Assembly: GCA_964540475.1 (NCBI GenBank)
Contig: CAZIMC010000002.1
Location: 111,551 to 175,550, forward strand
Direction: 5' to 3'
Source: an uncultured Gammaproteobacteria bacterium
GTDB taxonomy: Bacteria > Patescibacteriota > Microgenomatia > UBA8517
Length of the DNA stretch: 64,000 nucleotides
Part shown: positions 16,751-26,054 of the stretch, in pieces
Layout of the letters: every line of letters begins with the position of its first letter
Position numbering within the stretch: the first letter of the stretch is position 1
Notes under the pieces: generated by a model
Told to the model about the DNA's origin: nothing
The model's input: the letters and a program-made list of their open reading frames with translations, nothing else
Databases searched by the model: none
Made by a program: the position numbers and the translations under genes

Positions 16751-17482
16751 CTAATTTTTAAGTGCCTGTGTTGACTCGAGGATTTTCTCTAAGTTTCCGT
16801 CCACTATTGCTTCCAGATTGCCAAACGATTTACCAATCCGGTGATCAGTCACGCGGTCTTGCGGGAAATTGTATGTTCTAATTTTTTCAGAGCGCATGCC
16901 GCGCCCAATTGCGGAACGGTAACCTGCAATGGTTCGCATTTTTTCTTCCTCCTGCTTTTCCCAGAGCTTGGAGCGAAGTAGATTCATGGCAATTTCGCGA
17001 TTTCTTTCCTGAAAACGCTCTTCCTGGGATTGCACAACAATGCCTGTAGGTTTATGTTTAAGCCGAACGGCAGTTGAAACCTTTTGAACGTTTTGCCCAC
17101 CTTGAGAACTTGCCCTGAAAAAATCCCACTCAAGATCTGCCGGGTTAACTTGTACTTCAGAAGCTTTTATTTCAGGAAGGACCGCAACAGTTGCGGTTGA
17201 GGTATGAATTCTTCCGCGTTTTTCCGTTGCTGGCACTCTTTGGACCCTATGAACTCCCGACTCGTTTTTAAGACTTTCAAAAACGTCAAATCCAGTAATC
17301 CTTAGTGTAAACTCATCAACCGGGGAAACTTTCCAATTCTTTTTTGTGCCAAATCTTAGATACATGCGAAGAAGATCTGTGGCCCAATTTTTTGCCTCGT
17401 CTCCGCCTGTTGCACCACGAACTTCGAGATAGATTGTCTGATTGGAGTTGGAGTAATTGGAAGAATTATATTGGTAATTCAT
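16751..17482 (-). CDS. prfA: peptide chain release factor 1 lacking the N-terminal domain 1
   Basis: PAT tripeptide (RVPATEKRGRIHTS), which is RF1-specific. GGQ motif (SSQGGQNVQKV). Only 243 aa. Alignment starts at about E. coli RF1 residue 105. Confidence 0.8.
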   Translation of the reverse strand: MNYQYNSSNYSNSNQTIYLEVRGATGGDEAKNWATDLLRMYLRFGTKKNWKVSPVDEFTLRITGFDVFESLKNESGVHRVQRVPATEKRGRIHTSTATVAVLPEIKASEVQVNPADLEWDFFRASSQGGQNVQKVSTAVRLKHKPTGIVVQSQEERFQERNREIAMNLLRSKLWEKQEEEKMRTIAGYRSAIGRGMRSEKIRTYNFPQDRVTDHRIGKSFGNLEAIVDGNLEKILESTQALKN

Positions 17483-17511
17483 AGGACGGGGAATGCTGAA
17501 TAACCACTCAA

Positions 17512-17823
17512 TTATTTCTTTTGTGTTCTTAACTCAGCCAATGACTCAGGTCTTTCCATTTCTTCCTGAATTCTTTTTTGCCTCTTAAGTTTCCTTTTCT
17601 CAGCCTTCGAAAGTACTTTTTTGGCAGCCCCCTCCTGCCTTGCCTTAAATGCATCTACGCGTCCTGCTATGTCTAAAAACTTCATTTGTCCGGTGTAAAA
17701 CGGGTGGCAATTGTAACAAACCTCAACGGTTATTTCAGGGAATGTAGCACCCATGGTGAAGCTGTTACCGCAGGCGCAAGTAACTTTTGCCGAAGGATAC
17801 CATTTGGGGTGAATCGCTTTCAT
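17512..17823 (-). CDS. rpmE: 50S ribosomal protein L31 with Lys-rich C-terminal extension
   Basis: MKAIHPKWY...CACGN...CYNCHPFYTG. Start codon verified at 17821-17823. Confidence 0.8.
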   Translation of the reverse strand: MKAIHPKWYPSAKVTCACGNSFTMGATFPEITVEVCYNCHPFYTGQMKFLDIAGRVDAFKARQEGAAKKVLSKAEKRKLKRQKRIQEEMERPESLAELRTQKK

Positions 17824-17842
17824 AGGGATAATTATATCAGGA

Positions 17843-18796
17843 TTAAACCTCAGGCTCAACAGGCTTAAATAGATTTCCCATTTTGCCTTTGAATTCAGCG
17901 ATAAATACTCCAGTAACGATAATAATGGCGCCAATTACAAAGGGTGCAGTTATTTTTTCTCCAAGCCATAAAACTGCCAAAGGAGTTGAAAATATCGGGT
18001 AAAGATAGGAAAACACGGAAGCATCACCCACTTCAATGGTTTTCTGGGCTTTGTTAAATAGATAGTATGCTAAGTTACCGGACAGAAATGCCATGTAAAA
18101 AACCCCTAGATGGTAACTTATAGGCATGACTGTTACTGTCTGGATAAATTGTGCGTAGCTGCTTGTTGACAAGCTTACTATCAAAAAAGTTAAAAATCCA
18201 ACAATAAACGAAAGACTGACGAGCGTAGATGGGTTTACGCCATTTCGAAGAAGCCGTTTAGCTAAAAGTGTTGGCAGGATATTTGCGACTATGTAAAGAA
18301 ATATTAATATGTTTCCTGAAAACCTAAGCTCTCCATTGCCGTTTAAAAAAAGCGGCTCGAATACTGTAAATAGAGTTCCCAATAGGGCAATGCTCATGCC
18401 AATTTTTTCCCGTTTAGTAACATGCTCGTGTAAGAAGTATGCCCCTGCTGTTGAAGTTAAAAGAGGAACTGCCAGGGTGATAATTGTCATCTCTAGAACT
18501 GTTGTGTTTTGAAGACCGAAGAAAAGAAGCCCCAGCGAGACCGCAGAACTAAATAAAGCGTGTACAAAGAGAAATAGCTTATATTTGTGTTCTTTGGGTA
18601 ATTTAAAACCATGTAACATGAAAGTTATTAACCCAACGATTGCAGATAAGCCAAAGCGGTATGTTAAGAAGGGGATAGCATCAATTCCACCCAAGGTATA
18701 TTTAATTACCGGACTTGCAATACCCCAAATGGCCGTTACTAGAAGAAGTATTGCATATGCTTTAAGTCGGGAAGATTGGGGCAAAATCGATTTCAT
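17843..18796 (-). CDS. EamA/DMT-superfamily transporter
   Basis: 317 aa. About 10 TM helices in two EamA-like halves. Confidence 0.75.
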   Translation of the reverse strand: MKSILPQSSRLKAYAILLLVTAIWGIASPVIKYTLGGIDAIPFLTYRFGLSAIVGLITFMLHGFKLPKEHKYKLFLFVHALFSSAVSLGLLFFGLQNTTVLEMTIITLAVPLLTSTAGAYFLHEHVTKREKIGMSIALLGTLFTVFEPLFLNGNGELRFSGNILIFLYIVANILPTLLAKRLLRNGVNPSTLVSLSFIVGFLTFLIVSLSTSSYAQFIQTVTVMPISYHLGVFYMAFLSGNLAYYLFNKAQKTIEVGDASVFSYLYPIFSTPLAVLWLGEKITAPFVIGAIIIVTGVFIAEFKGKMGNLFKPVEPEV

Positions 18797-19698
18797 GACG
18801 ATTCAATTAATCGATCTAAGCCGAAAGCAAAGCCAACTGCAGGAATCTGTTTTCCGGCAAACATGCCAATTAAGTTGTCATATCTTCCGCCCCCTCCAAC
18901 AGATAAGTCTTCAGGTTTACCGTTTGGTTTAAGCTCGAATATTGTGCTTGTATAATAGTCTAATCCTCTTGCTAGGGTGGGATCGTAGAAGAAATCAAAA
19001 CCCTCCTTGAGCGAATATTTGTCTTTGAGAATCTCAAATATATTATTCAAATGGGCTGTCTTGGGGGTATCATCGATTTTATCGATTAAACTTGTATCCT
19101 CATTAGAATAACCTTTATCAATTAACTCTTTTTTTACTCCGTCTTTGCCGATTTTATATATCTTATCTATTGCACGTACAAAATCGGGTGTCATATTGGC
19201 AAAGTTGGCTCTATCATTTATTGCCATTTTGGCGGAAGTTAATCCTAGTTTTCTAGCTGCTGTAACTGCAGCAGCTATGACCTTCGCATCCTCGTCAACT
19301 AAATCGCTACCTACAATGTCAAAATCAAACTGTGTGAATTCACGGAAACGGCCACGCTGCGGATTTTCACCTCGGAATACTTGGCCAACTTGATATCTTG
19401 AAAACGAAGGTGACAAAAGATTCTGGTTGTTGGCAATAAAACGGGCCAGGGAAACAGTTAAGTCGTACCGTAAAGCCAGCTCGCGGCCCCCCTTATCCAT
19501 AAATTTATAAATAAGTTTTTCCTCTTCGCCGTATTTCCCAAGCAAAGTTTCTGCAAATTCGACAGTTGGTGTTTCAAGAGGAGTAAAGCCAAAATTTTCT
19601 AAAACGTCTGCTATTTTATTGATAGTCTCACGGCGTTTTTTTGCCAGACTGGGCAAAATATCCCTAAATCCTTTTGGTGTTGGCGGGCCCTTTTTCAT
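18793..19698 (-). CDS. hisS: histidyl-tRNA synthetase-like class II core without anticodon-binding domain
   Basis: Motif 1/2 region (FRDILP...ALRYDLTVSLARF...FRGENPQRGRFREFTQFDFDIVG). HisRS motifs RGLDYYT and GGGRYD. Ends at GFAFGLDRLIE after 301 aa. Confidence 0.65.
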   Translation of the reverse strand: MKKGPPTPKGFRDILPSLAKKRRETINKIADVLENFGFTPLETPTVEFAETLLGKYGEEEKLIYKFMDKGGRELALRYDLTVSLARFIANNQNLLSPSFSRYQVGQVFRGENPQRGRFREFTQFDFDIVGSDLVDEDAKVIAAAVTAARKLGLTSAKMAINDRANFANMTPDFVRAIDKIYKIGKDGVKKELIDKGYSNEDTSLIDKIDDTPKTAHLNNIFEILKDKYSLKEGFDFFYDPTLARGLDYYTSTIFELKPNGKPEDLSVGGGGRYDNLIGMFAGKQIPAVGFAFGLDRLIESS

Positions 19699-19789
19699 AT
19701 TCTAATAGATATGGTAACGCGAATTGCCAGGCTGCGCAATAGATGGGTGTAGCTTAAGCTACACTCCTGATACTGAAATTGTTAAGAGG

Positions 19790-20443
19790 CTAATTTGAAG
19801 GGTAGGTGATTAGAATTCTGCGGGCTGTGAAAGTGTTTTGACCAACCACGCCTGAAATAATAATTCGGTCACCTTCTTTGAGTTCGCTTGAAGTTGCGGT
19901 TTCTGTTTCCTCATCTACAATTTTTAATATGCGCGTTTGCTGGTTTAGACCGAAAGCAATTTCTTGATTATCCTTAACTGTTCTAAATTTTCCTGTGTTA
20001 CCAGTTTTGGCGCTAACAACTCCCGAGTAAGACTTTCTTGCTGGTTTTGCGGGGGAAGTGGATATTAATATGCGTCTTGCATCGAGAATTTCGTTCCCGT
20101 CTTTGTAACCCATTGCAACGACAAAGTCACCTATTGCAATATCATTTATACTAACGGTCCTGGGAGTTGATGAAACTGCATTTATTGTTGTGACAATATT
20201 CTCATCTATCGAAATTTGTTTGACCACGCCTACTTCAGGTTTGATCTGTATTGTGGTCTCTGAAACATCTGTGACTTGACCCATATATGCCTTCGGGTTT
20301 TTAAGAACCTCCTCCACTTTTTCTTGCACCTTTTGTCTAATTGAAGAGCTATCCGTTGAAGTTTGTGCCAAAAGAGTATTAGTCGGAAGTACAAGAAAAG
20401 TGGATACAATGGTAATTGCAACTATTATTTTAAATTGCTTCAT
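19790..20443 (-). CDS. secreted hypothetical protein
   Basis: Signal peptide MKQFKIIVAITIVSTFLVLPTNTLLAQ. 217 aa. Confidence 0.5.
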   Translation of the reverse strand: MKQFKIIVAITIVSTFLVLPTNTLLAQTSTDSSSIRQKVQEKVEEVLKNPKAYMGQVTDVSETTIQIKPEVGVVKQISIDENIVTTINAVSSTPRTVSINDIAIGDFVVAMGYKDGNEILDARRILISTSPAKPARKSYSGVVSAKTGNTGKFRTVKDNQEIAFGLNQQTRILKIVDEETETATSSELKEGDRIIISGVVGQNTFTARRILITYPSN

Positions 20444-20865
20444 TGTTGTTTTTCGAACTCAGTTGAATAGACTATGTTTATGTTTTGTTCAATTGAATCG
20501 CCATCCTCATCAAATGCAGTTACTACAATCTGGTTTACACCTCCACCCAGCTCAACGGCTTGCTCAAAACTACCATTGTTTTCGGCTTGTAATAGATAAT
20601 CTTGTGATTCCGTTGAAACAGTAATCCACGACCCGGCCTTGGTTACACCGGAGAGTGTAGTGGGGCTTACAGTAACCAAGTCTTCATTTTGAGGCTTATT
20701 AAGCGATAAGCCAAATTGCCCTGTCGTTGGGTCAAAGGATGCAGATTGTTGTTCTACGGGAACTTGCTGGGGCTTAAGAGCCAGATTAGCTCGCCAAATT
20801 CCGAAAGCTATTACGAGTCCCAATATGCTTCCTGCGAATACTGCTAAAAAAATTTCTTTAGGCAT
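20440..20865 (-). CDS. membrane-anchored hypothetical protein
   Basis: Start moved to M at 20865 (MPKEIFLAVFAGSILGLVIAFGIW, an N-terminal TM helix). 4-bp overlap with the downstream gene. Confidence 0.45.
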   Translation of the reverse strand: MPKEIFLAVFAGSILGLVIAFGIWRANLALKPQQVPVEQQSASFDPTTGQFGLSLNKPQNEDLVTVSPTTLSGVTKAGSWITVSTESQDYLLQAENNGSFEQAVELGGGVNQIVVTAFDEDGDSIEQNINIVYSTEFEKQQ

Positions 20866-20964
20866 TAGTAATGTTTGGGCGGCGAGACTCAATATAGGCA
20901 ATCTCAGGGGCCTTGTCAAGGAAGCTTCTGTTTGGTAGGATTCATTAGCTATTATCAATTTACA

Positions 20965-21615
20965 ATGGACATTACATATCTTGGTCATTCCTCATTTAAA
21001 CTAAAAGGCAAAACTGCGAGTGTAGTAACTGATCCGTTTGACCCTGAGATGGTTGGGATTAAATACCCAAAACAGGAGGCAGACATTGTAACAGTTTCGC
21101 ATCAACATAGGGACCACAATAAAACCGATCTGGTAAGTGGAGCCAGAAGGGTGATAACAGGAGCAGGGGAATATGAAATTATGGGTGTTTCGATAATTGG
21201 AATACAAAGCTACCATGATAACAAGAAGGGCGAGGAAAGAGGAAAGAATACCATTTATGTGATTGAGATGGACTCTTTAAGGCTTTGCCATCTAGGAGAT
21301 TTGGGTCATGATTTATCAGAGTCTACAATTGATGCAATTGGGAGAATTGATGTTTTGATGGTTCCCGTTGGCGGTGGTTTTACAATAGGACCAAGTGAAG
21401 CTGTTTCAGTTGTTCAAAAAATCGAAGCTTCAGTTACTATTCCTATGCATTTCCAGGCAGAAGGCCTAAAGAGTGAAACTTTTGCAGAACTTTTACCCGT
21501 TGAATCATTCTTAAAAGAGATAGGGGCAACCGTTGAGACATTACCTAAGTTAAGCCTTACTAAGGCGGATTTACTAGAAGGCGAACAAAAAGTTTACGTC
21601 TTAGAGAAAAAATAA
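20965..21615 (+). CDS. MBL-fold metallo-hydrolase
   Basis: Start at ATG 20965 (MDITYLGHSSF). HxHxDH motif SHQHRDHN. Confidence 0.7.
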   Translation: MDITYLGHSSFKLKGKTASVVTDPFDPEMVGIKYPKQEADIVTVSHQHRDHNKTDLVSGARRVITGAGEYEIMGVSIIGIQSYHDNKKGEERGKNTIYVIEMDSLRLCHLGDLGHDLSESTIDAIGRIDVLMVPVGGGFTIGPSEAVSVVQKIEASVTIPMHFQAEGLKSETFAELLPVESFLKEIGATVETLPKLSLTKADLLEGEQKVYVLEKK

Positions 21616-21675
21616 ATTTAAGGGAAAAAGGCACTGGTAATTGTTAGAAAAGCAATCTAAAATGGCTTTCTAATT

Positions 21676-23001
21676 ATGCCAAATACAGTTTCTCTAAGAA
21701 TACCGCCACACTCTTCTGAAGCTGAGGAATCTGTAATTGGTGCACTTTTAATTGATAAAGACGCAATAATTGCAGTTGCCGAATTTTTGCGCCCGGAAGA
21801 CTTTTATGATGAGCGTTTAAAGTCAGTTTTTGAATGCTCCCTATCACTTTACGAGGAACGTGTTCCGATTGACGTATTAACCGTTGCCGAGCGCTTAAAG
21901 AAAAATAAATCACTAAAGGATTTGGGACGAGCCTCGTTCCTGGCAGATTTAGCCAATAAAGTTCCGACAGCCGCACATGTTGAACATTATGGAAGAATTG
22001 TCAAAGATCAGGCAACCAAAAGAGCCTTGATGAATGCCGCGAGTAAGCTTGTTGATTTTTCTCTTGATGATAGTCTGGCTGCAAATGAACTTCTAGATAA
22101 AGCGGAAAGCGAGATTTATGCTCTTTCGCAGCAGCATATTTCCAAGAAATTTGTAGCTGTAAAGGACGCATTAGCGGAAAGTTTTGACCGACTTGATGAG
22201 CTTCATAAGCAAGGGGAAGGGTTAAGAGGGGTCCCAACAGGTTTTAAAGATTTGGACGACACGTTAGCCGGGATGCAGAAAAGCAATTTATTAATCTTAG
22301 CTGCACGGCCGGGTGTAGGAAAAACTTCATTCGCTTTGAATATTGCCCAAAGTCTGGCGGTTAAATACAAACGGCCGGTTGGTTATTTCTCTTTGGAAAT
22401 GAGCAAGGAGGAGCTTGTAGACAGATTGCTAGTGGCACAAGCAGACATTGACGCCTGGAGGCTTAAAACTGGAAAACTGGACGAAGAGGACTTTACAAAA
22501 CTTAGTAATGCAATGGGGGAACTTGCTGAGGCGCCTATATTTATTGACGATACACCCGCCTTAACAATTACGGAAATGAGAACTAAGGCAAGAAGGCTTC
22601 AAGTCGAATCCGGTCTTGATCTATTGGTAGTAGATTATCTTCAACTTGCACATACGAGTAGACGTTACGAAAACCGTGTACAGGAGGTGTCGGAAATTTC
22701 ACAGGGGCTTAAAAACTTAGCACGCGAACTTAAAATTCCGGTTTTGGCCCTTTCTCAGCTTTCGCGGGCGGTTGAAGTTAGGGGAGGCAAAAAGCCACAG
22801 CTTGCGGATCTTAGGGAATCGGGGAGTATTGAGCAGGACGCGGACGTTGTTATGTTTATTTACAGAGAAGATGACGAAACTGTTGAAAATGTTGTATTGG
22901 ATATTGCAAAACACCGTAACGGGCCACTTCGAAGTATAAGCCTATTCTTTAAAGGCGACAGGATTAAGTTTTTCGGAGCAGAAACAAAGCACAAAAATTA
23001 A
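21676..23001 (+). CDS. dnaB: replicative DNA helicase DnaB
   Basis: N-terminal PPHSSEAEESVIGALL. Walker A ARPGVGKTSFALNIA. RecA-like C-terminus. Confidence 0.9.
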   Translation: MPNTVSLRIPPHSSEAEESVIGALLIDKDAIIAVAEFLRPEDFYDERLKSVFECSLSLYEERVPIDVLTVAERLKKNKSLKDLGRASFLADLANKVPTAAHVEHYGRIVKDQATKRALMNAASKLVDFSLDDSLAANELLDKAESEIYALSQQHISKKFVAVKDALAESFDRLDELHKQGEGLRGVPTGFKDLDDTLAGMQKSNLLILAARPGVGKTSFALNIAQSLAVKYKRPVGYFSLEMSKEELVDRLLVAQADIDAWRLKTGKLDEEDFTKLSNAMGELAEAPIFIDDTPALTITEMRTKARRLQVESGLDLLVVDYLQLAHTSRRYENRVQEVSEISQGLKNLARELKIPVLALSQLSRAVEVRGGKKPQLADLRESGSIEQDADVVMFIYREDDETVENVVLDIAKHRNGPLRSISLFFKGDRIKFFGAETKHKN

Positions 23002-23006
23002 GAGCT

Positions 23007-23567
23007 TTAGTTTCCCCTTTTCTTTCTTCGCTCAAACCGTACTGTGAAATCCTCTAATATGTCCGTTTCCTTGTAATATGTATATCCCCATTCCGAAGGC
23101 AGCTCATTTGCCTGATAAATATCAACTTCGCTCCTAAGATCCGTTTTTCTAAGTTTGCTAATTAATTCCCTTAATATTCTTTTTTCGACCTGGGGATCAG
23201 TGTGTGGCCTAGAGTGGAGCAATAAACTGCGTACCATAATACTTCCTTCAGCATCTATTAATCGTTCATCGAAATTTAACTGCCCGTAACAGTAATCCAG
23301 ATTATTGAGATTAAGATCAGCAGTTATTGCGTCATACATTTCTTGGTGTCGTCTGGCATTTGAGAAAAACCATTTAGAAAAGCCAGTATTGTCACTAAAG
23401 TGTCCGACGAACAAATAAGGTAATTTACCGTTTCTGGCAGCAGCGTTTCTTGCTAGATCGTAAATTGATGTTTGTGTTAGCTCATCAGTGTAGAACACCT
23501 TCACTGCGTGCCAGTCACTATCAAAACCGAAAATGTGTGTTTTAACTTCTGTTTCTTTTATTGGCAT
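23007..23567 (-). CDS. hypothetical protein
   Basis: 186 aa from the ATG at 23567; the track's longer ORF runs into the tRNA. No recognised motif. Confidence 0.45.
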   Translation of the reverse strand: MPIKETEVKTHIFGFDSDWHAVKVFYTDELTQTSIYDLARNAAARNGKLPYLFVGHFSDNTGFSKWFFSNARRHQEMYDAITADLNLNNLDYCYGQLNFDERLIDAEGSIMVRSLLLHSRPHTDPQVEKRILRELISKLRKTDLRSEVDIYQANELPSEWGYTYYKETDILEDFTVRFERRKKRGN

Positions 23568-23619
23568 AAATAATTGGGGCAAGTAGTGCTTGCACTGAGC
23601 AAGCAAGGGCGTCGAAGTG

Positions 23620-23704
23620 TGCCGAGGGAGGGAGTCGAACCCACATGGAGTGTTATCTCCGCAGGTTTTTGAAACCTGTGCGTCTGCCATTCCGCCACCT
23701 CGGC
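23620..23704 (-). tRNA. tRNA-Leu (anticodon CAA), type II with long variable arm; CCA not encoded
   Basis: Reverse-complement reads GCCGAGGTGGCGGAATGG...CAGGT-TTCAAAA-ACCTG...long arm...GGGTTCGACTCCCTCCCTCGGCA. The 7-bp acceptor stem pairs perfectly. Confidence 0.8.
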
Positions 23705-23918
23705 TCGTCAAAACTCGCTACACTTTTCGCAAAACGCTAACGCCTTTTGCCTTACCGTTACGCAGTTTCTCCTCTCGAAATTCCTTAAGGAATTTCGGTA
23801 AAACAAAACTAGGACACAGCTATATTATACTATTTGTAAGGTAGATGGCCAAGCTCATAGGTTATTTGGCAAATTCATCGTGCGGTTTAGACAAAAATGC
23901 GGTAAAATAGCTTCACAT

Positions 23919-24479
23919 ATGGTTAATTCGACAGATTTAAGGGCGGGGGTTACTTTTCTGCATGACGGAAAGCCTTATCAGGTGCTTAAATACAATCTGA
24001 TAAAGATGGGGCGTGGTGGGGCAACTGTTAAAGTTTTGGTCAGGAACCTTGAAACTGGGGCTACCGTCGAGAAGGCTTTCAGCTCAAATGTTTCCGTTGA
24101 GGAAGTGCAAACTCTCAAAAGCCGCCTTCAATATCTTTATAAAGATGGAGTCAATTTAGTATTTATGGATCCTAAAAATTATGAACAGGTCGAAATACCT
24201 GCAAAAGTCTTGGGGGAGCAAATTCATTTTATAAAGGAGGGGGATAATATTGATGTATTGTTCTGGGGGGATAAACCACTGTCTGTAGATCTTGCACCTA
24301 ATGTGGTTTTAACGGTCTCAGAAACTGACCCGGGAGTGAAGGGGAATTCGGCAACAAACATTTATAAATCTGCAATTTTAGAAAACGGACTAAAAGTTCG
24401 TGTGCCGCTTTTTATTAATATTGGCGATAAAGTAAAGGTAGATACAAGAACAGGGGAATACGTTGAGCGCGCAAAGTAG
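23919..24479 (+). CDS. efp: elongation factor P
   Basis: Start at ATG 23919 (MVNSTDLRAG...). KOW-like N-terminus. Motif KMGRGGATVKVLVRNLETG. Confidence 0.85.
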   Translation: MVNSTDLRAGVTFLHDGKPYQVLKYNLIKMGRGGATVKVLVRNLETGATVEKAFSSNVSVEEVQTLKSRLQYLYKDGVNLVFMDPKNYEQVEIPAKVLGEQIHFIKEGDNIDVLFWGDKPLSVDLAPNVVLTVSETDPGVKGNSATNIYKSAILENGLKVRVPLFINIGDKVKVDTRTGEYVERAK

Positions 24480-24953
24480 TTAATTAAGGATCCACCAGAA
24501 AGCGACGATCATTGTAACAACTTGGGTAGCAAGGCCGGCATAAATGTTTGTATCATTTTGAATAGACTTCTGGAAAGCAATCCATTTTTCGATAAATTTG
24601 TTTCTAATTCCTAAGAAAAAATGAGGCCCTTCGATTACGTCCGGTAAAACTGCAGCAAAACTGGCAAGAAGTATGGTTATTGCCTGAGCTTCATTTGGCA
24701 GAGCCTGGGCAGCGATAAAGATGCCCGCAATGAGTGCTAGACAGACATCTGCAAAAACGAAAAGTGTGCTGTTTTTTGTGGGACGGCCGTTTTTTTTGGT
24801 TTCTGTATTCAAATGCGGGTTCCAATGAGGCACCATATCAAGAACAAAGTGGCTTGCAAAGGCAAGGGGAATTGCTAAATAGGGGTTGACGACTTTGGCC
24901 GCAATGGCAGCTCCAACAACGACATGGGGGGTTTCTAGCACAGTAAGAACCAT
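24480..24953 (-). CDS. membrane protein, possible YdjM-like membrane-bound metal-dependent hydrolase
   Basis: 157 aa, 4 TM segments. HxxxD-like ASHFVLDMVPH. Confidence 0.35.
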   Translation of the reverse strand: MVLTVLETPHVVVGAAIAAKVVNPYLAIPLAFASHFVLDMVPHWNPHLNTETKKNGRPTKNSTLFVFADVCLALIAGIFIAAQALPNEAQAITILLASFAAVLPDVIEGPHFFLGIRNKFIEKWIAFQKSIQNDTNIYAGLATQVVTMIVAFWWILN

Positions 24954-25017
24954 AATAGAAAGTTAGATTCAAATTGTCAAATCTTTACTAACTAATCTGT
25001 TATAATCTCTTTTAGTT

Positions 25018-25620
25018 ATGCTTTCGTATTTTTTAATTCCTGCAGTGGGCATTCCTGTATTTCTATTCATCTTTTGGAAAAAACTTAAAGAAGATTATTT
25101 GCCGGATCAGATATTCGCAACGGCTACATTTGTCATTTCCGGTATTCTTTTGGGTTTTTTAACCTCGTTATTGTTTTTGACTGAATGGTGGTTTTGGATT
25201 ACAGGATTGTATGCGTTTATTGGTTTACTGATAGGGGTTTTTAGATTCAGATTCAGATTTTATGAGGCTTTTGAGGCTAGTTTTGTTGGGCTTATGCCGT
25301 GGCTTTCTTTAGTTTTTTTTGCAGATTCGGTGAGTACTACCAGTTTGGGCTCATTCGTAGGATTTGGTTTTTTAATGGGTTTACTTGGCCTTTATTACTA
25401 TTTAGATGCACATTATAAGAACTTTTCATGGTATTTATCAGGTAGGGTGGGGTTTTCCGGCTTGACGGTTGCTGGAATATTTTTCCTAGGAAGATCTGCC
25501 CTTGCGCTACTTTCTGAGCCCGTGGTATCCTTAAGCGGAAGTTTAGATGTGTTGTTTTCAGCAGTATTGGCTTTCGGATTATTTTTGCTAACATTTAATC
25601 TAGCAAGAAAACCGGCATGA
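25018..25620 (+). CDS. polytopic membrane protein (hypothetical)
   Basis: 200 aa, about 6 TM helices. Contains the (GATTCA)3 microrepeat encoding RFRFRF. Confidence 0.45.
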   Translation: MLSYFLIPAVGIPVFLFIFWKKLKEDYLPDQIFATATFVISGILLGFLTSLLFLTEWWFWITGLYAFIGLLIGVFRFRFRFYEAFEASFVGLMPWLSLVFFADSVSTTSLGSFVGFGFLMGLLGLYYYLDAHYKNFSWYLSGRVGFSGLTVAGIFFLGRSALALLSEPVVSLSGSLDVLFSAVLAFGLFLLTFNLARKPA

Positions 25621-26015
25621 AAATAAAAAATACTAAAACAAAAAAGAATGGAGTAGTTACTTTTCCAGCAAAGATTGTAGCTCCAGTTGCAAATTTCTTA
25701 AAAGCCAGGTTGGCAGTTTTAGAAAAGAGAAAAAAGGTTTTTGATGAGGAGGATCCATTTAAAAATACTTCAAGAGTTTCTGACAATGCCGCAACGGATA
25801 TTGAGGCGGATGAACAATTTGGCCACGCCAGGGTCTCAGCCTTAAAAAGTGAGGTTTCCCGAAAAATTATTCAAACTAGAAAAGCCCTGACTAGGATAAA
25901 GGTGGGTAAGTATGGGATTTGTGAAGATTGTGGGAACATGATTGATACAGACCGCTTGATGGTTTACCCCGAGGCTACTCTCTGTGCCAAAGACGCCGCA
26001 AGAAGAGAAAAGTAG
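25617..26015 (+). CDS. DksA/TraR-family C4 zinc-finger protein
   Basis: C-terminal ICEDCGNMIDTDRLMVYPEATLCAKD (CxxC-x17-C). Coiled-coil N-terminus. Confidence 0.7.
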   Translation: MKIKNTKTKKNGVVTFPAKIVAPVANFLKARLAVLEKRKKVFDEEDPFKNTSRVSDNAATDIEADEQFGHARVSALKSEVSRKIIQTRKALTRIKVGKYGICEDCGNMIDTDRLMVYPEATLCAKDAARREK

Positions 26016-26054
26016 CACTCTATAATTGACAATTCAATCACCTGTAATTATACT

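Noticed and set aside
16751-17482. Possibility that the short release factor is RF2 with a programmed +1 frameshift supplying the N-terminus
   Set aside because: The PAT (not SPF) tripeptide identifies RF1. rpmE begins 30 bp upstream, leaving no space for an upstream exon.
18793-19698. Alternative call as HisZ (ATP phosphoribosyltransferase regulatory subunit)
   Set aside because: No hisG or other histidine biosynthesis genes are nearby. The HisRS-specific RGLDYYT and GGGRYD motifs are retained. Left as HisRS-like core with uncertainty.
25243-25260. (GATTCA)3 microsatellite encoding RFRFRF in a membrane protein gene
   Set aside because: Only three units. Too short to be a convincing phase-variation repeat.
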